Source of the DNA: a phage
Length of the DNA stretch: 38,310 nucleotides
Sequence record: PX946180.1
Strand: one strand, 5' to 3'
Shown in pieces: positions 26,162 through 36,691 of the stretch. Position numbers and translations under genes: made by a program. Every line of letters begins with the position of its first letter. The first letter of the stretch is position 1. The notes below the pieces were generated by a model. The model was not told the origin of the DNA. It ran no database searches and saw only the letters and a list, made by a program, of their open reading frames with translations.

Positions 26162-26728
26162 ATGGCTCAATACATTCCACTGAATGCTAACGATGACTTA
26201 GATGCCATCAACGATATGTTAGCTGCTATCGGTGAACCAGCAGTCCTGCAGCTTGACGAAGGTAACGCTGACGTCTCGAACGCACAACGTATCCTGCATC
26301 GTGTCAATCGTCAGGTCCAAGCTAAAGGCTGGAACTTTAACATCAACGAAGCTGCTGTACTGACACCTGATGTCCAAGACAATAGGATTCGATTCCTGCC
26401 GTCATACCTTCGTGTAATGACTGCCGGGGCCACCAGCTACTACAGCAACATGGGTGGATACCTGTACGACCTATCCACTCAGTCAACCACTTTCACCGAC
26501 CCTATAACGGTAGAGCTTGTTGAGATGAAACCGTTCTCTGAGATGCCTGTGGTATTCAGGGACTACATCGTTACCAAGGCCAGCCGTGAGTTCAACGCTA
26601 AGTTCTTCGGTAGCCCAGAGTCTGAACTGTACCTTCGTGAGCAGGAAGCAGAACTCTATCAGCAGGTCATGGAATACGAGATGGACACTGGTCGCTACAA
26701 CATGATGTCCGACATCGGGAGGGACTAA
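26162..26728 (+). CDS. tail tubular protein A (T7 gp11-like)
   Basis: 188 aa; IGEP, NA.RIL..NRQ.Q..GW.FNI.E, TKASR.FN..FFG.PE and EYEMD.G.YNM match recalled T7 gp11. Confidence 0.92.
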   Translation: MAQYIPLNANDDLDAINDMLAAIGEPAVLQLDEGNADVSNAQRILHRVNRQVQAKGWNFNINEAAVLTPDVQDNRIRFLPSYLRVMTAGATSYYSNMGGYLYDLSTQSTTFTDPITVELVEMKPFSEMPVVFRDYIVTKASREFNAKFFGSPESELYLREQEAELYQQVMEYEMDTGRYNMMSDIGRD

Positions 26729-26955
26729 TGGCAGCGCATAATCTGAAGATTCACCGCCAGCACTTTGGTCCGGTACAACTAGGCCTAAAGACAGCAGAAC
26801 TGAGACTTAACGACCGGGACTTTAAGGTTGGCGACTGGCTTATCCTGAATGAGTGGGACAACGGGTATACTGGGCAACAGGTAGCACGTAAGGTTGTCCA
26901 CATTGCTGACGTTGGTGACATCGCTGAGGGATACGTCCTAATGAGTATGATTTAA
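26728..26955 (+). CDS. small ASCH/DUF3850-like protein inserted between tail tubular genes
   Basis: 75 aa; pattern H..HFGPV..G.KTAELRLNDRDFKVGDWLILNEWD..YTG resembles the DUF3850/ASCH small PUA-like fold as I recall it; T7 gp11 and gp12 are adjacent with no gene between. Confidence 0.55.
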   Translation: MAAHNLKIHRQHFGPVQLGLKTAELRLNDRDFKVGDWLILNEWDNGYTGQQVARKVVHIADVGDIAEGYVLMSMI

Positions 26956-26964
26956 GGAGGGCCT

Positions 26965-29322
26965 ATGCCACTAATTACTCAATCAATCAAGAACCTTAAA
27001 GGTGGTATTAGCCAGCAGCCAGACATACTGAGGTTCTCAGACCAAGGCGAGGCGCAAGTTAACTGCTGGTCATCCGAAAGTGATGGACTCCAGAAGCGTC
27101 CACCTACAGTCTTCAAGCGACGTCTTAGCATCGACGTTGGGAGCAACCCTAAGTTCCACCTGATTAACCGTGATGAGCAGGAGCAGTATTACATCGTGTT
27201 CAACGGGTCCAACATTCAGGTAGTTGACTTGAGTGGTAATCAATACTCAGTTTCAGGTGCGGTAGATTACGTTGAGTCGTCCAACCCGCGAGATGACATC
27301 CGTGTCGTTACCGTTGCAGACTATACGTTCGTAGTTAACCGTAAGGTTGTAGTCAAAGGTGGAAGCGAGAAGTCACACTCTGGCTATAACCGCAAAGCAC
27401 GAGCTTTAATTAACCTGCGTGGTGGACAGTATGGTAGAACCCTTAAGGTGGGAATCAACGGAGGCGTTAAGGTCTCGCATAAGTTACCAGCAGGTAATGA
27501 TGCCGAGAATGACCCACCTAAGGTGGACGCTCAAGCCATTGGTGCAGCTCTGAGAGACCTTCTTGTTGCTGCCTATCCTACCTTCACGTTTGACCTTGGG
27601 TCTGGCTTCCTGCTAATCACAGCTCCTTCAGGGACCGACATTAACTCAGTGGAGACGGAGGATGGCTACGCTAACCAGCTAATAAGCCCAGTCCTAGACA
27701 CTGTGCAGACAATCTCTAAACTACCTCTTGCCGCTCCTAATGGATATATCATTAAGATTCAAGGTGAGACCAACAGTAGCGCCGATGAATACTACGTGAT
27801 GTATGACTCCAACACTAAGACGTGGAAGGAGACAGTGGAGCCGGGAGTTGTCACTGGGTTCGATGTCACCACAATGCCACATGCTCTTGTCAGACAGTCT
27901 GATGGCTCCTTTGAGTTCAAGACTCTGGATTGGTCCAAGCGTGGCTCTGGCAACGATGACACAAACCCTATGCCTAGCTTCGTGGATGCTGCGATTAATG
28001 ATGTGTTCTTCTACAGGAACAGACTTGGGTTCTTGTCAGGTGAGAACGTAATCATGAGCCGTTCAGCCAGCTACTTTGCGTTCTTCCCTAAGAGTGTGGC
28101 TACACTGAGCGATGATGACCCTATTGATGTAGCTGTAAGTCACCCTCGAATCTCAATCCTTAAGTATGCCGTTCCGTTTAGCGAGCAGCTACTACTTTGG
28201 TCGGATGAGGTGCAGTTCGTGATGACAAGCTCTGGGGTACTTACCTCGAGGTCTATCCAGCTTGATGTAGGCTCAGAGTTTGCCTTAGGCGACAATGCCA
28301 GACCGTTCGCTGTAGGACGCTCAGTCTTCTTCTCAGCGCCTCGTGGGTCATTCACCAGCATTAAGCGATACTTCGCTGTAGCTGATGTGTCTGATGTGAA
28401 GGATGCCGATGATACAACTGGTCACGTACTGTCCTACATCCCTAACGGGGTGTTTGATATTCAAGGTACAGGGACTGAGAACTACATCTGCGTCAACTCT
28501 ACAGGTGCATACAACCGAATCTACATCTACAAGTTCTTGTTTAAGGACGGCGTACAGCTTCAAGCCTCTTGGTCGCACTGGGAGTTCCCTAAAGCTGATA
28601 AGATTCTGGCGTCTGCGTCGATTGGCTCTACCATGTTCATTGTTCGTCAGCACCAAGGCGGCGTGGACCTTGAGCACCTTAAGTTCATCAAGGAGGCAAC
28701 TGACTTTCCATTAGAGCCGTATAGACTCCACGTTGACTCCAAGGTGTCTATGGTAATACCAATTGGCTCATACAACGCTGACACCTATAAGACTACGGTT
28801 GACATTGGCGCTGCTTATGGTGGCAACGCTCCGTCTCCCGGTCGGTACTATCTTATTGACAGTCAGGGTGCTTATGTGGACCTTGGGGACTTGACCAGTA
28901 GCTCTACTGTGGTTATCCTCAACGGCGATTGGTCAGGACGTACAGTGTTCATCGGACGGTCCTATCTGATGTCCTACAAGTTCTCACGGTTCCTGATTAA
29001 GATTGAAGATGATAGTGGCACTCAGTCTGAAGACACGGGTCGTCTACAGCTTCGTCGGGCTTGGGTCAACTACAAAGACACTGGCGCTCTGAGACTAATT
29101 GTCAGAAACGGTGAGCGGGAGTTCGTGAATACCTTCAACGGGTACACCCTTGGGCAGCAAACCATCGGGACTACAAACATCGGTGACGGGCAGTATCGCT
29201 TCGCTATGAATGGTAACGCATTAACCACGAGTCTAACCTTAGAGTCTGACTATCCTACCCCAGTGTCAATCGTTGGGTGTGGCTGGGAGGCGTCATACGC
29301 TAAGAAAGCTCGTTCCGTCTAA
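26965..29322 (+). CDS. tail tubular protein B (T7 gp12-like)
   Basis: 785 aa; N-terminus LITQSIKNLKGGISQQPDILR and internal motifs (DPIDVAVS, ILKYAVPFSE, GRLQLRRAWVNY, IVGCGWE) match recalled T7 gp12. Confidence 0.95.
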   Translation: MPLITQSIKNLKGGISQQPDILRFSDQGEAQVNCWSSESDGLQKRPPTVFKRRLSIDVGSNPKFHLINRDEQEQYYIVFNGSNIQVVDLSGNQYSVSGAVDYVESSNPRDDIRVVTVADYTFVVNRKVVVKGGSEKSHSGYNRKARALINLRGGQYGRTLKVGINGGVKVSHKLPAGNDAENDPPKVDAQAIGAALRDLLVAAYPTFTFDLGSGFLLITAPSGTDINSVETEDGYANQLISPVLDTVQTISKLPLAAPNGYIIKIQGETNSSADEYYVMYDSNTKTWKETVEPGVVTGFDVTTMPHALVRQSDGSFEFKTLDWSKRGSGNDDTNPMPSFVDAAINDVFFYRNRLGFLSGENVIMSRSASYFAFFPKSVATLSDDDPIDVAVSHPRISILKYAVPFSEQLLLWSDEVQFVMTSSGVLTSRSIQLDVGSEFALGDNARPFAVGRSVFFSAPRGSFTSIKRYFAVADVSDVKDADDTTGHVLSYIPNGVFDIQGTGTENYICVNSTGAYNRIYIYKFLFKDGVQLQASWSHWEFPKADKILASASIGSTMFIVRQHQGGVDLEHLKFIKEATDFPLEPYRLHVDSKVSMVIPIGSYNADTYKTTVDIGAAYGGNAPSPGRYYLIDSQGAYVDLGDLTSSSTVVILNGDWSGRTVFIGRSYLMSYKFSRFLIKIEDDSGTQSEDTGRLQLRRAWVNYKDTGALRLIVRNGEREFVNTFNGYTLGQQTIGTTNIGDGQYRFAMNGNALTTSLTLESDYPTPVSIVGCGWEASYAKKARSV

Positions 29323-29346
29323 CTTATTGAATGGCCTATAGATTTA

Positions 29347-29369
29347 CCTTAACTATCACTATAGGGACT
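29347..29369 (+). promoter_or_regulatory. phage RNAP promoter (phi13-like), +1 G at 29364
   Basis: CCTTAACTATCACTATAGGGACTA. Confidence 0.8.
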
Positions 29370-29398
29370 ATAGGCCCTTAAGGTTATAAGGAGACTTT

Positions 29399-29869
29399 AT
29401 GTATATTCGTAAGGCTACAGAACCAGATGTCCACTACTTTCTGTGGCATCTTTCAGCAGATGATGTTAATGAGTGCAAAGCAAACTATGGGTCAACCGTG
29501 GGTCTATCTGAAAGATTGCTTAAGCATTTATCTTCGTCATCTGTGGTTTTAACGAACAGTGTAGGTGAAGTGTTTGCCTATGGCGGGAACCAAGGGGACA
29601 ACGTATGGTTCTTGACTTCAGGTCTTGTCTACAAGCTGAGACCTAAAGAGAAGCGAGAGTTCATAAAGCGTATCTCTGAGTACAGGGACTTAATGTTAGA
29701 CCAATACGGGACCATCTGGAACTACGTGTGGTCAGGCAATAAGTCTCACATTAAATTCTTGAAGTTGCTTGGAGCTAAATTCCATGATGAGTGGACTGTA
29801 AGCCCAGTAACTGGTGAGCGTTTTCAACTATTCACTATCTCTAAGGAGGACGTATGTGCGAGCCAGTAA
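29399..29869 (+). CDS. internal virion protein gp13-like (assigned by position and size)
   Basis: 156 aa tracker ORF with AAGGAGA RBS, first gene after the promoter at 29347. Confidence 0.7.
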   Translation: MYIRKATEPDVHYFLWHLSADDVNECKANYGSTVGLSERLLKHLSSSSVVLTNSVGEVFAYGGNQGDNVWFLTSGLVYKLRPKEKREFIKRISEYRDLMLDQYGTIWNYVWSGNKSHIKFLKLLGAKFHDEWTVSPVTGERFQLFTISKEDVCASQ

Positions 29870-30441
29870 GTATCGGCATGGGTATTATGGCTGTAGCTGG
29901 TGCCACTATGTCCGCATCACAACAGGCCAAGGCTGAAGGTGCAGCAATTGACGCTCAGAACCGACAGGCTCAGGAAATGGTTAAGCAGATGAACTACTCT
30001 GACGCCAACCTGAGGATGCAGGAGCGAGACCTGAAGGAGCAGCAGATGGCTGAACTGACAGAGACCACGCTCAACGGTATCCGCAATCAGGGTATGGTCC
30101 GAGCTGCGGTGGCTGAGTCCGGTCTGGAAGGTAACTCTATGGACAGGATTGAACGTCAGGTCACAGGAGATACAGTCAAGGAGCGAGCAGGGATTACCGA
30201 AAGTTACAACCGAGACTATGCGGCTATCTTCGGGAACCGTATCGCCAACATTGAGAACACCAAGTCTGCTATCCGTGGTCAAGGCAGAATCATAAAGACC
30301 AGCCCACTGGCCCATGCACTTAATGTTGCTACCGCCGGGATGCAAGGTTACGCCGCTGGTAAGTCAATCTCTGGAGCGTCCAGCTCTGGCGGTGCTGCAC
30401 CAATTAGTGCTGCTAAAGGTACACCTACAGGTCATAGCTAA
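29854..30441 (+). CDS. internal virion protein B (T7 gp14-like)
   Basis: 195 aa versus 196 aa in T7; N-terminal hydrophobic segment; start overlaps gp13. Confidence 0.75.
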   Translation: MCEPVSIGMGIMAVAGATMSASQQAKAEGAAIDAQNRQAQEMVKQMNYSDANLRMQERDLKEQQMAELTETTLNGIRNQGMVRAAVAESGLEGNSMDRIERQVTGDTVKERAGITESYNRDYAAIFGNRIANIENTKSAIRGQGRIIKTSPLAHALNVATAGMQGYAAGKSISGASSSGGAAPISAAKGTPTGHS

Positions 30442-30452
30442 GAGGAGGACTA

Positions 30453-32735
30453 ATGGCTAGTAATATTGAATCAGCTCTGGCTAATCGGACAATGGGTCGT
30501 GGCAGAGCGCCGGGTAAAACTATAGCCGTCAACTATCAAGCAGCGAACGTTCAGGCGCCCACTGGTGACTCTGGTCTGGCGCGTGCGTTAACTAACTTCG
30601 TTGAGTCTGGGACTGGATTGTACAAGCAGTTCAAAGACGAGGAGAAGACCAGAGCTGACGAGCGGTCTAACGAGATTATCCGTAAGCTAACTCCTCAGCA
30701 GAGACGAGAGGCTATCCAGAACGGCACATTGCTGTATCAGGATGACCCTTACGCTATGGAAGCACTTCGAGTCAAGACTGGTCGTAATGCTGCCTTTGCT
30801 GTAGACGACGAGATTAACGTTAAGATTCAGAACGGTGAGTTCCGTACACGTCAGGAAATGGAAGAATATCGCCACCAGCGACTTCAGGATGCCGCTAAGT
30901 CCTATGCTGAAGAGGCGGGTATTAACCCTACCGACGAGTTCTTCCAGCGTGGATTCAACGATAACATCACTGACCGAAACATCGCTATCTACGGGTCCTT
31001 CAATAAATATTTCAGCAAGCAGTCTGAAGAGACAGCAATGTTGAACACTCGTATTGAGATGAACTCATTCCTGAACGATGGCGACCTGATGCGTTCACCT
31101 GAGTCTGGCAAGACCTTCATGGCCTACCTTCGTGATGGACTAACTACTGCTGCTATCCCCTCGGACCAGCGAGCGCGGGAGGTCATTACCCAGACGGTAC
31201 GTGACGCAATCCAGAAGTCAGGCGGCTCAAACTTCCTACAGCAAGTACGAGGCGAGCGAATCACCCTTAACGGCGTGGATGCTACAGTAGAAGAGATTGT
31301 AGGACCCGATGTCTTCAACGCTGCTATTGTTGAGGCACAAGGAACTGAGTACAAGCTGGTGGCTAAGTATCAGGAAGACTTAGCGTTAGGCGTTCAGTCT
31401 GCGATTCTTCAGGATGACCCAACCATCGGTCTGGCCCAGATTCAAAAACTCAAGGAGCAGAACAACCAGCTTCAACCCGGTGAAGAACTCACTCCTCAGC
31501 GCCAGATGCTTATTAACGCCGAAGCCACACTACTGGAAGCGGTAAAGCGTAAGTCTGCTGAACAGGCAAAGGAGAACACGAAGTTAATTCAGACCCAGAA
31601 CAAGCAACTGGTCATTGATCAAGTTTATCAGCGACGTCTTGCTGGGGACAACGTGTCCACCAACTATGAGGACCTTCCGGTCTCTGAAGCCACAGGAGAG
31701 TTCAAGCGTTCAGACATGAACAACTATGCGTCTGCTAAGCTACAGCAGATTGACCAGATGGACATCCCTGAGGCTGCTAAGGACGCACAGAAGGTTGCAT
31801 TATTAAGAGCTGACACTAACAACGGTCCGTTCCGTAATGCCTTCCAAACTCTTACTCAGGACGCTGCTGGTGAGTGGCAAGCTGCCGTCATCCGTGGACA
31901 GTACGACCCAGACAAGATGAAACGCTTCGAGTCTCTTCGTCGTGCCTACACTCAGGACCCTTCAAGTTTCGCTGCTCTGTATCCTGACCAAGCTCAGTTG
32001 TTCTCTACGTTCGACCAGATGGACAAGATGGGCCTTGACCCTCAGACGATGATTGAAGCTGATAAGCAAGCTGCAAGTCAAAGCCGTGAGATGCGCATGG
32101 AGTCAGACAAGGCGTGGCAGGAGCTGAAGAACGACTCCAAGAACACCCAGTTGTCTCGCCTCCCAACGTCTCTGGACTCAAGTGCTCGTAAGGTCTGGGA
32201 CTCATGGTACTATCGTACAGGTAACGCTGACGCTGCAACTCAGCAGACTCAACGTTGGCTGAATGAGAACACCGTAACGTTCCAGTCTGAAGGTTCTGAC
32301 GGTAAGTCAATCGGCATGGTGTCGAAGCACCAGCTTATGGTCGGGGATAACCCAGAGTCGTGGCAGGTGGGTCGAGACATTATCGACACAGCTCGTCAGC
32401 AGCTCATTAAGGCCAACCCTTGGGTAGTGAACTCTCAGTTGTCCGTTGTTGAACAGAACGGCTCTATCTTCCTCCAAGACGCTACAGGTACTATTCGTAT
32501 TCGCTACGATAAGGAACTTGTAGGTAAACTCTACCGCGAACAACAGCAAAAGGCACAAGACGCCGCATATGCTCAGGCAGAACGTGACGCTAACAAGCGA
32601 GCGCGTATCGTCGGAACTAAAGCTGCTGGTGACAAACGTCGAGCTGACCGAGAGGCCAACATCGAGAAGAGCGGTGGGATGTACAATGACGTCTCACTGG
32701 AGGGTATCGCAAACGTACTAATCGGTAAGGAGTAA
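30453..32735 (+). CDS. internal virion protein C (T7 gp15-like), ejectosome core
   Basis: 760 aa versus 747 aa in T7; position between gp14 and gp16. Confidence 0.8.
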   Translation: MASNIESALANRTMGRGRAPGKTIAVNYQAANVQAPTGDSGLARALTNFVESGTGLYKQFKDEEKTRADERSNEIIRKLTPQQRREAIQNGTLLYQDDPYAMEALRVKTGRNAAFAVDDEINVKIQNGEFRTRQEMEEYRHQRLQDAAKSYAEEAGINPTDEFFQRGFNDNITDRNIAIYGSFNKYFSKQSEETAMLNTRIEMNSFLNDGDLMRSPESGKTFMAYLRDGLTTAAIPSDQRAREVITQTVRDAIQKSGGSNFLQQVRGERITLNGVDATVEEIVGPDVFNAAIVEAQGTEYKLVAKYQEDLALGVQSAILQDDPTIGLAQIQKLKEQNNQLQPGEELTPQRQMLINAEATLLEAVKRKSAEQAKENTKLIQTQNKQLVIDQVYQRRLAGDNVSTNYEDLPVSEATGEFKRSDMNNYASAKLQQIDQMDIPEAAKDAQKVALLRADTNNGPFRNAFQTLTQDAAGEWQAAVIRGQYDPDKMKRFESLRRAYTQDPSSFAALYPDQAQLFSTFDQMDKMGLDPQTMIEADKQAASQSREMRMESDKAWQELKNDSKNTQLSRLPTSLDSSARKVWDSWYYRTGNADAATQQTQRWLNENTVTFQSEGSDGKSIGMVSKHQLMVGDNPESWQVGRDIIDTARQQLIKANPWVVNSQLSVVEQNGSIFLQDATGTIRIRYDKELVGKLYREQQQKAQDAAYAQAERDANKRARIVGTKAAGDKRRADREANIEKSGGMYNDVSLEGIANVLIGKE

Positions 32736-32739
32736 CATA

Positions 32740-35700
32740 ATGGCGACTCGTGGTATTCGCAATAACAATCCGGGGAACATCCGGGTAAGTAAGGACCAAT
32801 GGGAAGGAATGACTGGAGATGATGGCGCATTCGTCACCTTCGATAGTCCAGAGTCTGGCGTCCGAGCTTTAGGTAAAAACCTGCTGTCCTACGGTCGCCA
32901 AGGATATGACTCCATCGAGAAGATTATCAACCGATGGGCACCTCCTAACGAGAACGACACTCAGGCTTATATTGACTCAGTGGTGGCTGCGACTGGTATT
33001 CCAGCTACCCAGAGTCTAGACCTCTCTGACCCGGACACCCTGTCTTCTCTGGCACAAGCTATCAGCTTCCATGAGACAGGCTCCCGGTACGACCCTGAAG
33101 TCTATCAGCAGGGAGTCGCAAGAGCACTCAACGGTATCAGCCCAAAGACTCCACCAGTAAGCGCTAACGTATTTGACGCCCTCACGGAAGGACTCAAGGC
33201 TAAACCTAAAGTAGCTCTGGGCGAGAACCTTCCGACCGCTGCTGGTCTAAACATTGAGGGTCAAGCACCTGAAGCTCCCAACGAATCGTTCGGTGAGATG
33301 TTCTATAAAGCTACTGGGGAGACCATGCAGGAACGAGAGGACCGCTCTACGTGGTTCGGTTTCGGTGCGGCTACAGAAGCTGAAGTGAAGAACTCTATGG
33401 TCGGCGTGGCTATCCGCGCTGGTCAGACCGAGGACTCACTTGATGTCATTGGCGATGTGTTCAACCCGACCCGCTGGAACAACCATAAGTGGTCTCGTGA
33501 GGAGCTGGACCAGATTCGTAACTCTGGGGTTCTGCCTCAGTATTATGGGGTAATTACTGGTGGCTCCCCTCAGAACCTGACCGAGCTTATTAACTTGGCG
33601 CTTGAGAACCAGAAGTTGGACCAAGAGAAGGCCAAGGCCGGGACTGGCGCTCAGTTAGCCGCTGGTGTGATTGGTGCTGGTGTAGACCCGCTGACCTACG
33701 TTCCTATCGCTGGACAGGTTGGCAAAGGTGGTAAGCTGGTCAACAAGATGTTCACCGTGGCTGCTCAATCTGGAGCACTTGCTGGTGTATCAGAGATGGC
33801 CCGCACCTCAGTGGCTGGTGGTGATGCTCATGTGGCTGAGGCTATCCTTGGTGGTGCTCTCTTCGGTGGTGGCATGACGGCTATCGCTGATGGACTAGGC
33901 AGAGCCTTAGGTCGTAACACTAACGAGTTCGCTGGCCCAGCTACACGTCTGGAAGCTCGTGAGACAGCCCGTAACGTTGATGGTCAGGACCTGTCTCGTC
34001 TCCCTATTCAGGAAGGTGAGCAGACCTTTAGTCATCAAGGCGTTAAGTTCGCTGACGTTCCGAATGAGCCAGGCAGTGTACGACTTGAAGATGGTTCAAT
34101 CCTGATTGGTGAGAACCCTCTGAACCCTAAGACACGTCAAGTCTTTGACGAAGTGATTGAGCCGGAACGTGCAGCTGCTGGTGTGAACCTTGGTGGGCTA
34201 ACTGAGATTGGCCTGAAGCTGCTTCGGTCAGAGAACCCTGAGATTCGTGGAGTCGCTGCCGACTTAGTGCGCTCACCGACTGGTATGCAGTCAGGGGCCT
34301 CAGGTAAAATCGGGACCACTGCGTCAGACGTATTCGAAAGACTTCGTGCTGTGGACCATCGGTTCTACAACGACATCGATGATGCGGTTACTGAGGCACT
34401 AAAGGACCCGTACTTCCAGACAGCATTCTGGAGAGACTCTGGCGCATTCCGTCAGGACATCTACCAGCGTGTGTCTATGGCTATCGAAGATGGTAGTGGG
34501 AACCTGAAGGCTGAACTGACTCCGGGAGAACTGAAAGTCTATGACCTGCTGAAGAACCAGTTCGACGCCAAGCGTGAGATGATGGAGAACCCGGCTATGT
34601 TTGGTCGCCCAGACGCTCAGTCTATCTTTCCGGGTAGCCGCTTCAAGGGAACCTACGTCCCTCATGTGTATAGCAAACAGATGAAGGATTTGTACATCAA
34701 GGAGCTTGGTAGTCCAGAGGCGTTGCAGGAGGCCATCAAAAAGTCATGGTTGACCAGCTATGCGTCTCGACCTGAAGTCAAGAAACGCGTGGACGAGGCA
34801 CTCTTAGAGGCTGACCCTACGTTGACTCCAGAGGGACTTTCTGCTGCGGTCGATAAGTACGCCAACGATAAGGCTTACGGTATCTCTCACACCGAGCAGT
34901 TCGAACGTTCATCCGTAATGGAAGAGAACATCAACGGTCTGGTTGGTCTGGAGAACAACAGCTTCCTTGAGGCTCGTAACCTGTTCGATAGCGATATGTC
35001 AATCGTCCTGCCTAACGGTCAGACCTTCAGTGTCAACAACCTGCGTGAGTGGGACATGGACAAGATTGTCCCGGCCTACAACCGTCGAGTTAATGGCGAT
35101 ATTGCTATCATGGCTGGTACAGGCAAAACCACGAAGGACATGAAGGACTTGGTTGAGACCATGATGAACAAGGCTGGGGATGACGGTAAATTGAAAGGTG
35201 AGGTATCTACCTTACGTGACACCTTGAAGATTCTCACTGGTCGTGCTCGACGTGATGGTGCTGATGATGCAGCCTTCGCTACAGTGATGCGCACAATGAC
35301 AGACCTATCGTTCTTCGCTAAGAATGCCTATATGGGTGTTCAGAACTTAACGGAGATTGGTGGTATGCTGGCTCGTGGCAACGTTCGCGCCCTGCTGCAT
35401 GGAGTCCCGATGTTCCGTGACCTAGCCTTCCGTAACAAGAAGGTAGGGGCTTCAGAGATTAAGGACCTGCACAATGTTATCTTCGGTAAGGAACTGGATG
35501 ACTCAATCCGTCCGTCTAAACAGGATGTCATTGACCGTCTGCGGTCTTACAGTGACCTTGGTCGTGGTACAGCTACAGCTCTGGGGACTGCCAAGTATTA
35601 CACTGGTGAACTTGCAGTACGCTCTCCGTTCACTAAAGTCCTCAATGGTACGACCAACTACCTGTTAGATGCTGGACGTCAAGGCTTCCTGTCTGACATC

Positions 35701-36627
35701 GTTGAGCATAGCCTGACTGGTAGTAAGCGTAAGTTCGATGACCGCTGGCTGAAGACCGCTGGTATATCTGACGAGCAGTGGAATGGCATTAAGTCCCTAA
35801 TCCGTGAGTCAGTGACTCGTGGTCCAGACGGGAAGTACACCATCAAGGATAAGAAGGCGTTCAGTCAGGACCCAAGAGCTATGGACCTGTGGCGTATGGG
35901 TGACACCATCGCTGACGAAACGTTACTCCGTCCTCATAAGCTGTCCAACATGGACGCCAAGGCTTATGGTCCTCTCGCTAAGACTGTCCTTCAGTTTAAG
36001 AACTTCGTCATCAAGTCCATCAATGGGAGAACCATGCGAACCTTCTATAACGCCACGAAGAACAACCGAGCGATGGATGCTGCTCTGTCCACTGTGATGT
36101 CTATGGGACTTGCCGGTATCTACTACATGGCTCAGGCGCACGTCAAGGCTTACGCTATGCAGGATGGTCGAGACCGTGATTACCTCAAGCAAGCTCTGGA
36201 CCCGACGATGATTGGCTATGCGGCTCTGTCCCGTAGTTCACATCTGGGTGGTCCACTTGGGGTAGCTAACATTCTGGGTGGCATCGCTGGGTATGAGGAC
36301 ACTAAGATGCTCCGTTCGTCTATCCTACCCCGTTCGCCTACAGAGAAGCCTGAGCGTGCCATCGCGTATGGTGCAGCTACAAGTGACCCTGTGATGAATG
36401 TTGTTGGTAACTTCTTGGAGCAGGTCCCAGCTTTCGGATATGCTGCTAACGTAGGCGCTTCGGCTTACAACTTGGCTGGCTACCTCAAGGCTGATACTCG
36501 TGTCAACGAGCGTGACTACATGACCGGGATGTATAATACGTTCCGTGAACTGGTTCCGAACGACCCCATTACCCAGAAGCTGTTGCTTGGAACGTTTGAA
36601 GAGCAAGGCATCCACATCAAGGACTAA
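32740..36627 (+). CDS. internal virion protein D (T7 gp16-like) with non-T7 N-terminal domain
   Basis: 1295 aa; from about residue 200 onward collinear with recalled T7 gp16 (RLEARETARN, VRSPTGMQSGASGK, KAYGISH, RRVNGDIAIM, LRPHK, ALSRSS); the first ~130 aa carry GIRNNNPGNIR instead of the T7 transglycosylase TESRF region. Confidence 0.9.
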   Translation: MATRGIRNNNPGNIRVSKDQWEGMTGDDGAFVTFDSPESGVRALGKNLLSYGRQGYDSIEKIINRWAPPNENDTQAYIDSVVAATGIPATQSLDLSDPDTLSSLAQAISFHETGSRYDPEVYQQGVARALNGISPKTPPVSANVFDALTEGLKAKPKVALGENLPTAAGLNIEGQAPEAPNESFGEMFYKATGETMQEREDRSTWFGFGAATEAEVKNSMVGVAIRAGQTEDSLDVIGDVFNPTRWNNHKWSREELDQIRNSGVLPQYYGVITGGSPQNLTELINLALENQKLDQEKAKAGTGAQLAAGVIGAGVDPLTYVPIAGQVGKGGKLVNKMFTVAAQSGALAGVSEMARTSVAGGDAHVAEAILGGALFGGGMTAIADGLGRALGRNTNEFAGPATRLEARETARNVDGQDLSRLPIQEGEQTFSHQGVKFADVPNEPGSVRLEDGSILIGENPLNPKTRQVFDEVIEPERAAAGVNLGGLTEIGLKLLRSENPEIRGVAADLVRSPTGMQSGASGKIGTTASDVFERLRAVDHRFYNDIDDAVTEALKDPYFQTAFWRDSGAFRQDIYQRVSMAIEDGSGNLKAELTPGELKVYDLLKNQFDAKREMMENPAMFGRPDAQSIFPGSRFKGTYVPHVYSKQMKDLYIKELGSPEALQEAIKKSWLTSYASRPEVKKRVDEALLEADPTLTPEGLSAAVDKYANDKAYGISHTEQFERSSVMEENINGLVGLENNSFLEARNLFDSDMSIVLPNGQTFSVNNLREWDMDKIVPAYNRRVNGDIAIMAGTGKTTKDMKDLVETMMNKAGDDGKLKGEVSTLRDTLKILTGRARRDGADDAAFATVMRTMTDLSFFAKNAYMGVQNLTEIGGMLARGNVRALLHGVPMFRDLAFRNKKVGASEIKDLHNVIFGKELDDSIRPSKQDVIDRLRSYSDLGRGTATALGTAKYYTGELAVRSPFTKVLNGTTNYLLDAGRQGFLSDIVEHSLTGSKRKFDDRWLKTAGISDEQWNGIKSLIRESVTRGPDGKYTIKDKKAFSQDPRAMDLWRMGDTIADETLLRPHKLSNMDAKAYGPLAKTVLQFKNFVIKSINGRTMRTFYNATKNNRAMDAALSTVMSMGLAGIYYMAQAHVKAYAMQDGRDRDYLKQALDPTMIGYAALSRSSHLGGPLGVANILGGIAGYEDTKMLRSSILPRSPTEKPERAIAYGAATSDPVMNVVGNFLEQVPAFGYAANVGASAYNLAGYLKADTRVNERDYMTGMYNTFRELVPNDPITQKLLLGTFEEQGIHIKD

Positions 36628-36645
36628 ACTATCACTATAGGAAAC
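36623..36645 (+). promoter_or_regulatory. phage RNAP promoter (phi17-like), +1 G at 36640; imperfect 5' stem follows
   Basis: GACTAAACTATCACTATAGGAAACGG; inverted repeat AAACGGGAG / CTCCGTTT within the first 35 nt of the transcript. Confidence 0.8.
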
Positions 36646-36691
36646 GGGAGGCGCTACCATAGGTCTCCGTTTAAATCACAAAGGAGGCATA

